Source of the DNA: Candidatus Iainarchaeum sp. | GTDB lineage: Archaea > Iainarchaeota > Iainarchaeia > Iainarchaeales > JAZDFD01 | Direction of reading: 5' to 3' | Assembly (NCBI GenBank): GCA_043808155.1 | Contig: JAZDFD010000024.1 | Location: 1 to 64,000 of the forward strand | DNA: 64,000 nucleotides | In this document: piece by piece, positions 1-10,392 of the stretch | How positions within the stretch are numbered: the stretch's first letter is position 1 | Layout: every line of letters starts with the position of its first letter | The notes under the pieces: model-generated | Seen by the model: only the letters and a program-made list of their open reading frames with translations | What the model was told of the DNA's origin: nothing | Database searches by the model: none | Translations under genes and position numbers: made by a program

Positions 1-662
1 ACAACCAGATAGTTTTTTTCCGGTCTGATGTGTTTGTTTCTCATTGAAAGAATTTCACTAATTCTTGCACCAGTGTCATTTGCCAATGCAAGTATTGCCT
101 GGTTTCTCAGTGAATATTTATCACTTGCATAAGCAGCTTCAATAAGTTCCTTTACTTCCTTCTGAGTTGGCATTCTTTCAAAGAGTTTTGGCTTTGGACT
201 TTTGGGCATATCCAGACAATCCATTAGCGGAAGACTTTGCCTGCCATTCAAACCGTTTACCCATTTGAGAAACACTCGACAGCAATCAAATGCCTTGCAG
301 AGAGTCCCGTGCTTTATTTTCTTTTCTTCATATCTCTTCAATTCCTGCTCCCACCATTGCCTTAATTTGACCTCATCCACTTTGTCTACTGGAGTTTCTG
401 CTAAGAACAGGGCAAACTTCCAGCTTTCGCTTAAACACTTTTCAAAACTGCTAACGCTGAATTCTTCCCTTTTAATCTTTCTAATCATCTGCTCAATGTA
501 CTCCAGCAACTTTTGCTGATTAAAATGAGAAAGCTTTTTGTCGATTTTAGGATGCCTATTTTCCTGAATCCCTTTTATTTCTCTAAGGCATTGCCTGCCT
601 CGATTATGAGCATCAAACTCCAGCTCAAAAACTGTTAAATCCAATTTACCTTCTTGATTCAA
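1..662 (-). CDS. Tyrosine recombinase/integrase, N-terminal part (continues beyond left edge)
   Basis: Not in the ORF track because its stop lies outside the window. Manual translation of the minus strand from TTG at 662 (after GGAAGGTGA SD-like) is open to the edge and contains ...PTQKEVKELIEAA...RNQAILALANDTGARISEILSM, a box I motif of tyrosine recombinases. Confidence 0.85.
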   Translation of the reverse strand, partial: MNQEGKLDLTVFELEFDAHNRGRQCLREIKGIQENRHPKIDKKLSHFNQQKLLEYIEQMIRKIKREEFSVSSFEKCLSESWKFALFLAETPVDKVDEVKLRQWWEQELKRYEEKKIKHGTLCKAFDCCRVFLKWVNGLNGRQSLPLMDCLDMPKSPKPKLFERMPTQKEVKELIEAAYASDKYSLRNQAILALANDTGARISEILSMRNKHIRPEKNYLV

Positions 663-817
663 ATCCGTCACCTTCCATTTCCTGTTTGTCAGGAATATTT
701 AAAGTTTTTGGATTCGGACTTTTCGGTCAGCCTATGTCTCCAGCGTTATTTTAAGAATTAATTTAATTTTTTAAATTTGAAGCATATTTATATATTGCTT
801 TAGACACTATTTATATT

Positions 818-1363
818 ATGGGATTTGGAAGAACAATTAGAAACCGGCTTAAGCTTGGAGATAAGGTCGCGCGTGATGGGGGGCTTGGAAAAATTTTTTC
901 GGCATTAGAACACGAAGAAACAAAGGCATCTGAGCACCTTGAAACTTTAGACGAGTTGGAACAACAAATGCGCAGAGAACTTCAAATTATGGAAGCAAAA
1001 AATGAAACAATGCATGAAATAATTGGTGAGGCAAGCAATTTTGCAGAAAAGATTGTAAATGGAGAATATAATATAAAAGAGGGTGACGACGCTAGCCGAA
1101 TTATTGGACATGTTGCAAATCAGATTATTAGAATATCGAGACCAAGATGGTGGTTTTTTGGCGGAGTAAGATTTAGAAGTTTTGATAGTGCTTTTAATTA
1201 TGTTAGAAGAAGACTCAAGAAAAGAACAATTAATCTGTTTGAAAGAATTGTCACTGCAGAAGAAGCACAGAGACGTGAACACGAACTTTATATTTTATAT
1301 TTATCAGATATTTTGCTAGCGTCTGAAGAGTTTAAGGAAAGCATCAGAAAAAGATTTGTTTAG
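818..1363 (+). CDS. Hypothetical protein (helical, basic)
   Basis: 181-aa ORF; TTTATATA box about 25 nt upstream of the ATG; no recognised motif. Confidence 0.65.
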   Translation: MGFGRTIRNRLKLGDKVARDGGLGKIFSALEHEETKASEHLETLDELEQQMRRELQIMEAKNETMHEIIGEASNFAEKIVNGEYNIKEGDDASRIIGHVANQIIRISRPRWWFFGGVRFRSFDSAFNYVRRRLKKRTINLFERIVTAEEAQRREHELYILYLSDILLASEEFKESIRKRFV

Positions 1364-1408
1364 AGCAACTAATTTACAATTATTTCTTAAATTATTTGTT
1401 ATTTATAT

Positions 1409-1837
1409 ATGGAGAGAGATGGAAGAATGGATGATTGTATTTTCTGCAAAATTGTTAAAGGTGAAATACCTTGTACTAAATTATTTGAGAATGAAAAAGT
1501 TCTGAGTTTTTTAGATATTATGCCTGTTGCAAAGGGGCATGCATTAGTGATTCCAAAAACACATCACAGAACACTGCTTGATATGAACCATGATGATTTG
1601 AAAGAAGTTTCATTAGCTATTCAAAAAATCGGTTCTGCAATAATGAAAGCGACTAATGCAGATGGTTTTAATGTTCTTCAATCTAATGAAAAGGCCGCAG
1701 GACAGGAAATTTTCCATGTTCATTTTCACATAATCCCAAGGTTTGAAAATGATGATATTTCATTCAAACTAGGGAGAGGAAAATCCGAAAAAGAAGAACT
1801 TGAAGAATATCAGAAAAGGATTAAGGACAACATGTAG
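1409..1837 (+). CDS. HIT family nucleotide hydrolase
   Basis: CIFCKI N-terminus and HVHFHII histidine triad. Confidence 0.95.
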   Translation: MERDGRMDDCIFCKIVKGEIPCTKLFENEKVLSFLDIMPVAKGHALVIPKTHHRTLLDMNHDDLKEVSLAIQKIGSAIMKATNADGFNVLQSNEKAAGQEIFHVHFHIIPRFENDDISFKLGRGKSEKEELEEYQKRIKDNM

Positions 1838-1880
1838 CTTGTGAAGTAAAGAAACATTAAAATATGATTAACTACAAAAT

Positions 1881-2366
1881 ATGTTAATGGCCGGAAAAAA
1901 TACAGCGGATTTAGTTGATCAGCTGTTCAGCACTGATTATAAGCTCAGTGAAGATGCTCTCAAAAGCTTGTGTGGACATGCAAAAATTGCACCAGCTATA
2001 GCAAAAATAATTGCAGAAACTGTTTTTGTGGAAGCAAATAGCAGATTATTAAAAGAAACTGACAATAAAATTAGAGCACATATTGAAGCACGCTGTAAAG
2101 CCATTTTAAAAGACGAAAAAATCCAGCAAGAAGCTACAAATGTGTGTCTTGCAAAGCTCTGTAAAAAAGATATGCACGATTTTGCAATATCACTCCTAAG
2201 GGAACCTGAACTAAGAAAATATGTGAATACTTTTATTTCCGTATATGTAAATTCAAAACCGCATAGAAGAGCAATTAGAAAATTCGCTAAAGAAAATAAT
2301 ATTAAAATTCCTAATAGTAGGAATGACAAGAGGGGTAACAAAAACAGAAAACCCAGACCAATTTAG
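1881..2366 (+). CDS. Hypothetical protein with basic C-terminal tail
   Basis: 161-aa ORF, convergent with metG; no recognised motif. Confidence 0.6.
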   Translation: MLMAGKNTADLVDQLFSTDYKLSEDALKSLCGHAKIAPAIAKIIAETVFVEANSRLLKETDNKIRAHIEARCKAILKDEKIQQEATNVCLAKLCKKDMHDFAISLLREPELRKYVNTFISVYVNSKPHRRAIRKFAKENNIKIPNSRNDKRGNKNRKPRPI

Positions 2367-3829
2367 ATTTTCTCAAAAAGAACTTTTCCTTTTTTAACTG
2401 AGGTGCCGGATTTTAAAAGACCTAATTTTGCAGATTTGAAATCTGCAGAAGAAATGCCAATCTGCGCATTTATTTTCTCGGAAGTTTCAGGCATGAAAGG
2501 AGAAATTAAAATTGAAATTACTCTTAACGAATCTGCTAAGTTGTAAAGCACATTTTCCAATTCTTTTCCTTTGAGTTTCCATGGTTCTTTCTCATTGATG
2601 TATTTGTTTGCAGAATTCACGAAATGCCAGATTTCATTTAATGCCATGTGGAATTCAAAAACGTCCATATATTGAGAAATTTTTTCAGTATTGAGGAACT
2701 TTGCAAGTTGTGGGTCTGTTTTTCCTTCAGGAACTTTCCCTTCAAAGTATTTTTCAATCATTACAACAGTTCTGTTTACTAAATTTCCCAAATCATTTGC
2801 TAATTCATTGTTGATTCTTTCAACAAGTGCATCTTCTGAAAAGTTCCCATCCTGACCAAAGGGGATTTCTCTCATTAAAAAGTAACGTAAAGCGTCTGTC
2901 GAATATTTTTCCGCGAGTTCTACGGGGTCAACTCGTATCCCCCTTGCTTTGCTTAATTTTTCCCCTTCTAAATTTATAAAACCATGAACAACAACATTAG
3001 GTAATTTGATTCCTGCAGATAATAACATTGTAGGCCATATAACACTATGATGCCAAATAATATCTGAGCCTATGACATGTGTTGCAGGCCAGAATTTTTT
3101 ATATTTTTCATTCGGGTAGTCAAGCGTTGACAGATAATTTATCAGCGCATCAACCCAAACAGTAACAGTAAAATTTTTATCAAAAAGCAATGGAATTCCC
3201 CATTCTACCTTTTCCCTACTTATGCTTAAATCTCTTAAAGGTTCTTTTAATCTGTTTAAAATTTCATTCCTTTTTTTATCAGGCCATATTGCAGCAGGAT
3301 TATTTTTAATATAGCTAATAAGTTTCTCTTGATATTTGCTCATTTTAAAAAAATAACTCTTTTCTATTACTTTTTCTGTTTTCTTTTTATGTACTGGACA
3401 ACAGCCATCAACTAAATCCTTCACAGTATAATAGCTTTCACACTCAACACAATAGTTCCCTTCATATTGCCCTTCATAAATGTCGCCCTTGTCATAAAGT
3501 AATTGTAATATTTCATTAACCACTCTTTTATGCCTTTCTTCGGTTGTCATAATAAAATCAGTGTATGAAATGTTGAGGACCTCGGACAATTGTTTAAATA
3601 AGTCTGACATTTCCTTAACAAATACAATTGGTTTCTTACCTGCCTTTTCTGCAGCTCTCTGGATTTTCAAACCATGACAATCTGTTCCCGTGCTAAAATA
3701 TACTTCAAATCCATTAAGTCGCTTCCACCGCGCAATAACATCAGTTGCTATTTTTTCGTAAGCATGACCCAAATGAAAAAGTCCGCTGGGATAGTCTATA
3801 GCCGTACTGATAAAAAATTCTTTACTCAT
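2363..3829 (-). CDS. metG: Methionine--tRNA ligase (short, single zinc-knuckle type)
   Basis: HLGH (HIGH) and KLSKA (KMSKS) motifs; CVEC...CPVH knuckle; WVDALINY; LRYFLMRE. Confidence 0.95.
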   Translation of the reverse strand: MSKEFFISTAIDYPSGLFHLGHAYEKIATDVIARWKRLNGFEVYFSTGTDCHGLKIQRAAEKAGKKPIVFVKEMSDLFKQLSEVLNISYTDFIMTTEERHKRVVNEILQLLYDKGDIYEGQYEGNYCVECESYYTVKDLVDGCCPVHKKKTEKVIEKSYFFKMSKYQEKLISYIKNNPAAIWPDKKRNEILNRLKEPLRDLSISREKVEWGIPLLFDKNFTVTVWVDALINYLSTLDYPNEKYKKFWPATHVIGSDIIWHHSVIWPTMLLSAGIKLPNVVVHGFINLEGEKLSKARGIRVDPVELAEKYSTDALRYFLMREIPFGQDGNFSEDALVERINNELANDLGNLVNRTVVMIEKYFEGKVPEGKTDPQLAKFLNTEKISQYMDVFEFHMALNEIWHFVNSANKYINEKEPWKLKGKELENVLYNLADSLRVISILISPFMPETSEKINAQIGISSADFKSAKLGLLKSGTSVKKGKVLFEKI

Positions 3830-3875
3830 TATACCACGATAACTAACTTATAAAGATAATCTATTTAAAGCTAAT

Positions 3876-5219
3876 TTAAGTGAGAATATGATGAGGACTA
3901 AGACTCATATTAATATTGCCAAATTTCCTGTTCCTCTCAGTTATATTCTCAACTGCCCCATTCAAGGCTTTAATCTTTGCGCTGTGCTTAATGTAAGATT
4001 TTAATGATTGGAACAATTTTAATAAGTATAATTTTCTATTTATTTGAAGTACCCAATAATCACCATTATGGACATATCCTTCGTGAGTTACATAACCTTT
4101 TTTTGCTGAAATGAAAAGTTTCCTGCATTCTATCCCATGTTTAAAGAGAGTCTTACGAATCTTTCGCAACAATTCTTCGTCATAATTACCTAAAGAATAG
4201 ATTGCTTTATCATTGAGAATCCCAATATGACCTTCTGCATCTGTAAAACCTGCTAAAAAAGAAAAGAAATGTTTCTCATTTTCAAAAACCCAGTCGGCTG
4301 CAACTTTGTCTAATAAAAAACTAAAAGTTAAAGGAAGATTAACACCAATATTCCTTGCACCGATTTTATTTTCTTTTGTTATCCAAACAGGGGCATACTT
4401 TTGAAACAATGCTTTAATTAGTTCTAGCTGTTCCTCTTTAGTACTGCCACATTCAACAGATATTGTTTCACTATTTTTATACATTTTTCTTACTCTTAAA
4501 TCACCAACTCTGAAGCCAATTAAGTAAGCTTTTTCTATTAAATCTCCGCTAAAATCTTGTCTAAGATGAACAATATGAGAAGACGCCATAGTTCTTGGTT
4601 CTAACCCATACGCTTTAAGTTTTCTATACACTGTACTTCTTGAAAAACCGAATTGTTTTTCTATTGCCCACGTGGAAAGTCCCTTATTAACATAAAGTTT
4701 GATTAAATCTTGTTTTTTAGGAACGTTTGAATTTAAGGAATGTGACGTTCTAGTCTTTATACCAAATTGCTTAAGCCTTTTCCAAATGCTAGCTTGGCAA
4801 CAATTAAATTTCTCAGCAATTTCATATGTTGTTAATTTTTCCTTTTCGTAAAATAATTTTAATTGTGATTTTGTTATCTTTACGTTTATTTTGCTTGATG
4901 ATCTAATTTTAATTTTATATTCTCTAAGACGATTCAGAATTGTGCAGATTTCACAATTGTATTTTTTTGCGATTTTACTTGGGGATTGTTTTTTCTTCAC
5001 ATATAAGTCAAATAACTCTTTTTTTGGAAGTTTTATTTTCTTATCTTTTACAAATAATTTTACTGCTTCGGAAGTAGTTCTAGATTTAATCCCATACAAA
5101 TTCATCCAATAGCTAATGGTGTTAGGAGTACAGCCAAGCTTTTTAGCTAACTTTGACATGGGCAGTTTCTGCCTAACATAACGATCTTCAAGCTCATCTT
5201 TAGATATTTCAACTCTCAA
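3876..5219 (-). mobile_element. Free-standing LAGLIDADG homing endonuclease with four N-terminal HTH repeats
   Basis: YLIGFRVGDL and FLAGFTDAEG motifs; four repeats of the type L..LY......S...IA...GC...TI...L..YGI..R. Confidence 0.85.
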
Positions 5220-5479
5220 GCAAACACCATAAAAAATTGGTTTTCTGCAGTTAATAAGATTGTGTAAGTACTTTTCCGGTGAATTTGAAAGACATTGTAA
5301 GAATTAAACATAACAGGGTGGTTTGGATTACTAACTCAGAAACCATAAATAAATAACAGACTTATATAATTAAGATTTAAATTTTAAGAAAGAAATTACT
5401 CCCAACTCATTCTGAATTCAGCACATCAGAGGAAATGTACTTAAGAAGGCATTAAAAAGGCGCATTTGGGGATTTTAGT

Positions 5480-8400
5480 ATGGAGACAGTAGAAACACAA
5501 AAAGATTTTACATCTACAGACGAGAACCCATATGTGAACATGTTTGAAATGTTCTTTGAAACTGTTTATAAAAAAGAAATTGAAAGATTAGTTGAGAATT
5601 ATCCTGATAAGAGAAGTTTAGATATTGATTTTAAAAAATTAGAAAAATTTGATTTTGAATTAGCAGATGATTTAATTGAAAAACCAGATTATGTAATTGA
5701 TGCAGCAAATGTTGCAATTAGGAAAATTGATGTTCCTGCAATTGAACTGGAAGACTTTGCACCCCATCTGCGATTTTGTAATTTACCAAAAGACCGAATT
5801 CCGTTAATACGTGAAATTTCTGCAAAACACTTAAACAAAATGATTGCAGTTGAAGGAATTATAAGAGAAATCACAGATGTGTTCCCGAAATTAAAAGTTG
5901 CAACATGGCAGTGCAGAAGATGCGGAAACACTTACAAAATTCAGCAGGAAGGAAATCAGATAACACAGCCAAGTTTTTGTGAATGCAAACATAAAGATTT
6001 TACTTTAGTTGCAGAAAAATCTGAGTTTGTTGATTTTCAGAGAATTCAAATCCAAGAACCTTTGGAACAGATAAAAGGTAATGAACAGCCTTCGCAATTA
6101 CACATTTATGTTTCAGATGATATTGTAAACAGAGTTTTTGCAGGAAATAAAACAAAATTCTCAGGAATTTTAAGATTGTCAGAACCAAAGAAAGAAAAAA
6201 AAGCAGTTTACGGAAGATATTTGGAAACAATTCATCTGGAAGAAACGCAAAAAGATTTTGCAGATGTTGACATTACTCCAGAAGAGGAAGCAGAAATAAA
6301 ATTACTTGCACAGGACCCCAAAGTTTATGATAAATTAATTGCAAGTTTAGCTCCTTCAATTTACGGGCATGAAATTGTTAAGGAAGCAATTATTATGCAG
6401 TTATTTGGTGGTGTGAAAAAAAACATGCCGGATAAATCAACAATTAGAGGTAACATTCACATTCTTTTAATTGGTGACCCTGGTGCTGCAAAATGTGTTA
6501 GCGGTGATACAGAAATATATTTTAGTGATGGAACTATACAAAAAATGCAGGACTTTGCAGAAAATATTTTTTCTAAAACAGAAGCAGTTCTTCTGGATGA
6601 TGGCTTTTATGCGGATAAAACATTTGACATTCCCATAATGGATGAAAACTGCAGGCTGATAAAAGGGCAGGGTGCAAGAATATACAAACGCAAACCCAAT
6701 GCAATGTATGAGATAAGAACAGCTACTGGGAAAACAATGCGTGTTACTAATACTCACCCCTTGTTTGTATGCAAAGAGGGTAAAGTTAAGGCAGTAAGAA
6801 CTGAAAACTTAAAATCCGGGGAGTTTATCGCAACACCAAGAAAAGTTGATGTAACTGGGGAAGACGTGAAATTGCAGAAAGGAAAAAAAGGAAAAACCAA
6901 TGCGCTTCACATAACTGCTCCTGAACTTTTGGATGCGAAAGTTGCAAGGTTTTACGGATATATGCTTGCAGAAGGATATGCCCTAAAAAGAAAGAAAGCA
7001 ACAACTCACATCAGATTTACAAATAATGATGATGATATTATTGAGGATTTTATAAAATGTGCAAACATATTTTCAATTAAGCCTAAGGAAATAAACAAAG
7101 AAGGTGCCAGGGAAATTGCCCATGACAGCAGAGAACTTGGAAATTTCTTTGAGGAAAATTTTCCGGAATTGATGATGAAATCTTCAAAAAAAATCATTTC
7201 ACAAAAAATCCTTCGCTCGAAAAAAGAAATTGTGAAAGAATTCCTAAAAGCATTCATTGAGGGTGAGGGGCACATTAGCAAAAGAGACAGGACTATTGAA
7301 ATTACATCTGCAAGCGAAAATATTGCAGACAGACTGCAGGCACTACTGCTACGCTTTGGAATTGTTTCTTCAAAAAAAGAAATAATGTCATGTGCTACAA
7401 ACAGCAAAATGCCAAAATTAAGAAAATATTTCAAAATAACAATAGATGGTGAATTTACCTGTAAATATATTCGTGAAATTGATTTTATTTCTGAAAGAAA
7501 ACAAAATCTTGCTAAAAAAGTGATGACTTTAGAAAAGACATTCAACACAAACATTGATGTTGTTCCGAATATGTCTGAAGAACTTAAATTTATTAGAAAA
7601 ACACTCGGATTAAGACAGAGGGATATAGGATTAATGCGTTCAACATACCAGCATTATGAGAGAGGCGACAGAAATCCGGGCAGAGACAAACTGCAGGTAA
7701 TTGCTGTTGAACTTCTGAAACATTATGTGGATTCAACTATTATTGATAACAAAGTTGAAGATAAAATACTAAACTTAGTTAAATTAGCAAACGCAGATAT
7801 TTTTTGGGATAAAATAACGGGTATGAAAAAAATTGAAACTGACGAATGGGTGTATGATTTCGAAGTAATTGGTACGCACAATTTTATTACAAATCTTGTA
7901 TTTTCACACAACTCAATGATGCTACTCGCAACAAATAAGATTGCACCCAAATCAATTTACGTTGCAGGTAAAACAACAACTGGTGCAGGAATTGCAGCAA
8001 GTGCAGTAAAAGATGAATTTGGTGAAGGCGGATGGACACTCAAAGCAGGTGCATTGGTTTTGGCCTCAGGAGGCCTGGCTGCAATTGATGAATTTGATAA
8101 AATGGATGCTGACGACAGAAGTGCATTGCATGAGGCGCTGGAACAGCAATCATACCATAAAGATTTTGAAATAATGCTTGCTAACGGTGAAACAAAAAAA
8201 ATAGGTAAACTTGTGGATGATTTAATTGAAAATAATCCTGAAAAATTAGTATTTGGTAAAGACTGCGAAATTCTGCCTGTAGACGATTTGCAGCTAATTA
8301 CAACAGATTTTGAAAAAGTTTATCATATAAATGCAGACAGAGTCAGCAGACATAAAGCACCATCTCATTTTATTGAAATTGAATATTCCAATAGTGGAAA

Positions 8401-9598
8401 AATAAAAGTTACACCAGAGCATCCAATATTTGTTTTTAATAAAGAAAATTGCTTTGAAGAAGTTCTTGCAGAAAAAATAAATGAAAGGATGTTTTGCCCA
8501 GCTATAAGAAATAATCATGAAGCAGAGGAGAAAATAGAAGTAATAACTGAGATAAAAAATGATAATGGTTTAGAAAAAGAACTTGAAAAATTGGAGAGGT
8601 TTATTAGTCCAGAACTTAAATTAGTTTGGGTTAAAAAAGTTGAACGCATTCCTAACACAGATTCAGAATGGGTTTATGATGTTACAGTTGAACCAACTAA
8701 AACCTTTATTTCAGGGGGATTAGTACTCCATAACACAGTTAGTGTTGCAAAAGCAGGAATTATTGCAAGGTTTAAAACTGAAACATCTGTTTTAGCAGCA
8801 GCAAATCCTAAATTTTCAAGGTTTGATCCTTACACTCCTTTCATGGAACAGATTAATTTACCTCCAACATTGGTTTCAAGGTTTGATTTGTTTTTTATGA
8901 TTAGAGATGTTTTGGATAAAACAAGAGATAAGGAAATTGCAGACCATATTTTAAGATCTCACAGATTGGGTGAAATGCTTTACAGAAGTCAGAAAACAGA
9001 AACAACCGATCTTCAGGTTTTAAAAGAAATAGAAGACATAGCAACACCACCGATAGACCCTGAACTTTTCAGTAAATATATTTCATATGCAAGGCAACAT
9101 GTGTTTCCTGTTTTGAGTGACGATGCAATAAAAGCAATCACAGAATTTTATGTTAATTTGAGAGATATGGGACGAAAAGAAGGGAGCTATTCTGCAACAC
9201 ACAGACAGCTTGAAGGACTTGTAAGAATGGCAGAAGCATCTGCAAGAGTAAGGCTTAGTTATACTGTTGATATGGAAGATGCAGAAAGAGCCATAAGATT
9301 ATTGAGAACTGCATTACAGGAACTTGTTACTGACCCGGAAACAGGAAAGATTGATTTTGATATTATTGCAACGGGACAGAGTCATTCAAAAGTTGCAAGT
9401 ATGAAAAAGATTCTCGGAATTATAAAAGAAAAAGCCATGGAAATGGATATGGTGCCGGTATCAGATGTTTTGGAAGAAGCAAAAACTCAGGGAATTGATA
9501 AAGATAAAGCCATGGATTTATTGAGTCAGTTGCAGAAAGAAGGGGAAATCTATAGGCCCAGAAACAATTTCGTAAGACCTGTGCAGAGAAATAAGTGA
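5480..9598 (+). CDS. mcm: MCM replicative helicase containing two inteins (about 704-aa spliced product)
   Basis: Zn finger CRRC...CEC, Walker A GDPGAAK|S, Walker B IDEFDKM, SRFD arginine finger, C-terminal wHTH. Confidence 0.97.
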   Translation: METVETQKDFTSTDENPYVNMFEMFFETVYKKEIERLVENYPDKRSLDIDFKKLEKFDFELADDLIEKPDYVIDAANVAIRKIDVPAIELEDFAPHLRFCNLPKDRIPLIREISAKHLNKMIAVEGIIREITDVFPKLKVATWQCRRCGNTYKIQQEGNQITQPSFCECKHKDFTLVAEKSEFVDFQRIQIQEPLEQIKGNEQPSQLHIYVSDDIVNRVFAGNKTKFSGILRLSEPKKEKKAVYGRYLETIHLEETQKDFADVDITPEEEAEIKLLAQDPKVYDKLIASLAPSIYGHEIVKEAIIMQLFGGVKKNMPDKSTIRGNIHILLIGDPGAAKCVSGDTEIYFSDGTIQKMQDFAENIFSKTEAVLLDDGFYADKTFDIPIMDENCRLIKGQGARIYKRKPNAMYEIRTATGKTMRVTNTHPLFVCKEGKVKAVRTENLKSGEFIATPRKVDVTGEDVKLQKGKKGKTNALHITAPELLDAKVARFYGYMLAEGYALKRKKATTHIRFTNNDDDIIEDFIKCANIFSIKPKEINKEGAREIAHDSRELGNFFEENFPELMMKSSKKIISQKILRSKKEIVKEFLKAFIEGEGHISKRDRTIEITSASENIADRLQALLLRFGIVSSKKEIMSCATNSKMPKLRKYFKITIDGEFTCKYIREIDFISERKQNLAKKVMTLEKTFNTNIDVVPNMSEELKFIRKTLGLRQRDIGLMRSTYQHYERGDRNPGRDKLQVIAVELLKHYVDSTIIDNKVEDKILNLVKLANADIFWDKITGMKKIETDEWVYDFEVIGTHNFITNLVFSHNSMMLLATNKIAPKSIYVAGKTTTGAGIAASAVKDEFGEGGWTLKAGALVLASGGLAAIDEFDKMDADDRSALHEALEQQSYHKDFEIMLANGETKKIGKLVDDLIENNPEKLVFGKDCEILPVDDLQLITTDFEKVYHINADRVSRHKAPSHFIEIEYSNSGKIKVTPEHPIFVFNKENCFEEVLAEKINERMFCPAIRNNHEAEEKIEVITEIKNDNGLEKELEKLERFISPELKLVWVKKVERIPNTDSEWVYDVTVEPTKTFISGGLVLHNTVSVAKAGIIARFKTETSVLAAANPKFSRFDPYTPFMEQINLPPTLVSRFDLFFMIRDVLDKTRDKEIADHILRSHRLGEMLYRSQKTETTDLQVLKEIEDIATPPIDPELFSKYISYARQHVFPVLSDDAIKAITEFYVNLRDMGRKEGSYSATHRQLEGLVRMAEASARVRLSYTVDMEDAERAIRLLRTALQELVTDPETGKIDFDIIATGQSHSKVASMKKILGIIKEKAMEMDMVPVSDVLEEAKTQGIDKDKAMDLLSQLQKEGEIYRPRNNFVRPVQRNK
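6494..7912 (+). mobile_element. MCM intein 1 (473 aa) with LAGLIDADG endonuclease and XRE-like HTH
   Basis: Starts CVSGDT directly after the Walker A lysine; block B TNTH; GYMLAEG and KAFIEGEG motifs; ends FSHN followed by Ser. Confidence 0.95.
8150..8734 (+). mobile_element. MCM mini-intein 2 (195 aa, no endonuclease)
   Basis: Inserted in HEALEQQ|TVSVAKAG; begins SYHKDF, block B VTPEHP, ends VYDVTV...VLHN followed by Thr. Confidence 0.93.
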
Positions 9599-9629
9599 CT
9601 TTAAATAACACTTATTCTCAAACTATTAT

Positions 9630-10361
9630 ATGGCAGAAATAATTCTGGTTTGGAATGTTCACACAAATGAAAGTCCTGTTACTCGTGAAATGGCTCTTAA
9701 GCTTAGGGAAAATTTAACTGAACGCGGTCACGAAGTCAGAATAATAAAATATCCTGATGAGCTTACATTTCAGCATTTATTCAAAAATCTAGAACGCCAT
9801 AAGGATGAACGGGATAGGTTCAACGCTAATTATGATTGTTTAAATAAAGTTCAAGACTCACATATGAATTTCTTAAGAAACTTGGAAGAGGATAACCCTA
9901 ATTCAATGATAATTGATTTGCACACAACTTGGGATAAACATTATGATTCACTCAAAAAAGGAAAACTAAAACCGAAAGAGTGGAAAACTAAAATTTATAA
10001 TGGTGAGGGTCACTATCGGCAATTCGGTGAAGGTGCAGAAATAGAATTTATCTCATCTAAACCCATGAATAAAAAATTAAGCAGAGTATACACTTTAGAA
10101 ATACCTGCAAAATATAGGGAAGAACAAAGAGGACTAAAACAAGTTTATGAAAACAATGAATATTTAAAATCAAAACGGAAGGATACATATTTTACTCACG
10201 AAGCAAATTTAATAGAAACGCGAGCTGCTAATTATTTAACTCCAATTTTTGTGAGAAAATCAGCACATTTCATTGACGGTCTTGCAAAAAGAAGTGTTGG
10301 GCATCTTAAAAAAAGAGAGAAAAGTAAACCTAAACACATCATTAGACGGAAATTGCTATAA
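9630..10361 (+). CDS. Hypothetical protein, possible remote M14-type zinc hydrolase fold
   Basis: HTNE, IIDLH and TLE motifs occur in the order expected for M14/deacylase enzymes; TTTAAATA box upstream. Confidence 0.5.
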   Translation: MAEIILVWNVHTNESPVTREMALKLRENLTERGHEVRIIKYPDELTFQHLFKNLERHKDERDRFNANYDCLNKVQDSHMNFLRNLEEDNPNSMIIDLHTTWDKHYDSLKKGKLKPKEWKTKIYNGEGHYRQFGEGAEIEFISSKPMNKKLSRVYTLEIPAKYREEQRGLKQVYENNEYLKSKRKDTYFTHEANLIETRAANYLTPIFVRKSAHFIDGLAKRSVGHLKKREKSKPKHIIRRKLL

Positions 10362-10392
10362 CTTTAAATTACATATGCGTCTTCTTTATTGT

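Noticed and set aside
202-519. Plus-strand 105-aa ORF
   Set aside because: Antisense shadow of the integrase.
710-746. tRNA-derived att site beside the integrase (…ctccagcg)
   Set aside because: It lacks a T-arm/TTCGA context and has no matching repeat in the window.
5220-5479. Replication origin next to mcm
   Set aside because: Only one weak ORB-like word (tcagaggaaatg), no repeated ORBs and no cdc6/orc1 neighbour.
10273-10392. Extended N-terminus of the presenilin-like protease
   Set aside because: It overlaps the upstream gene; ATG 10393 with an upstream TTTAAAT box gives a normal start.
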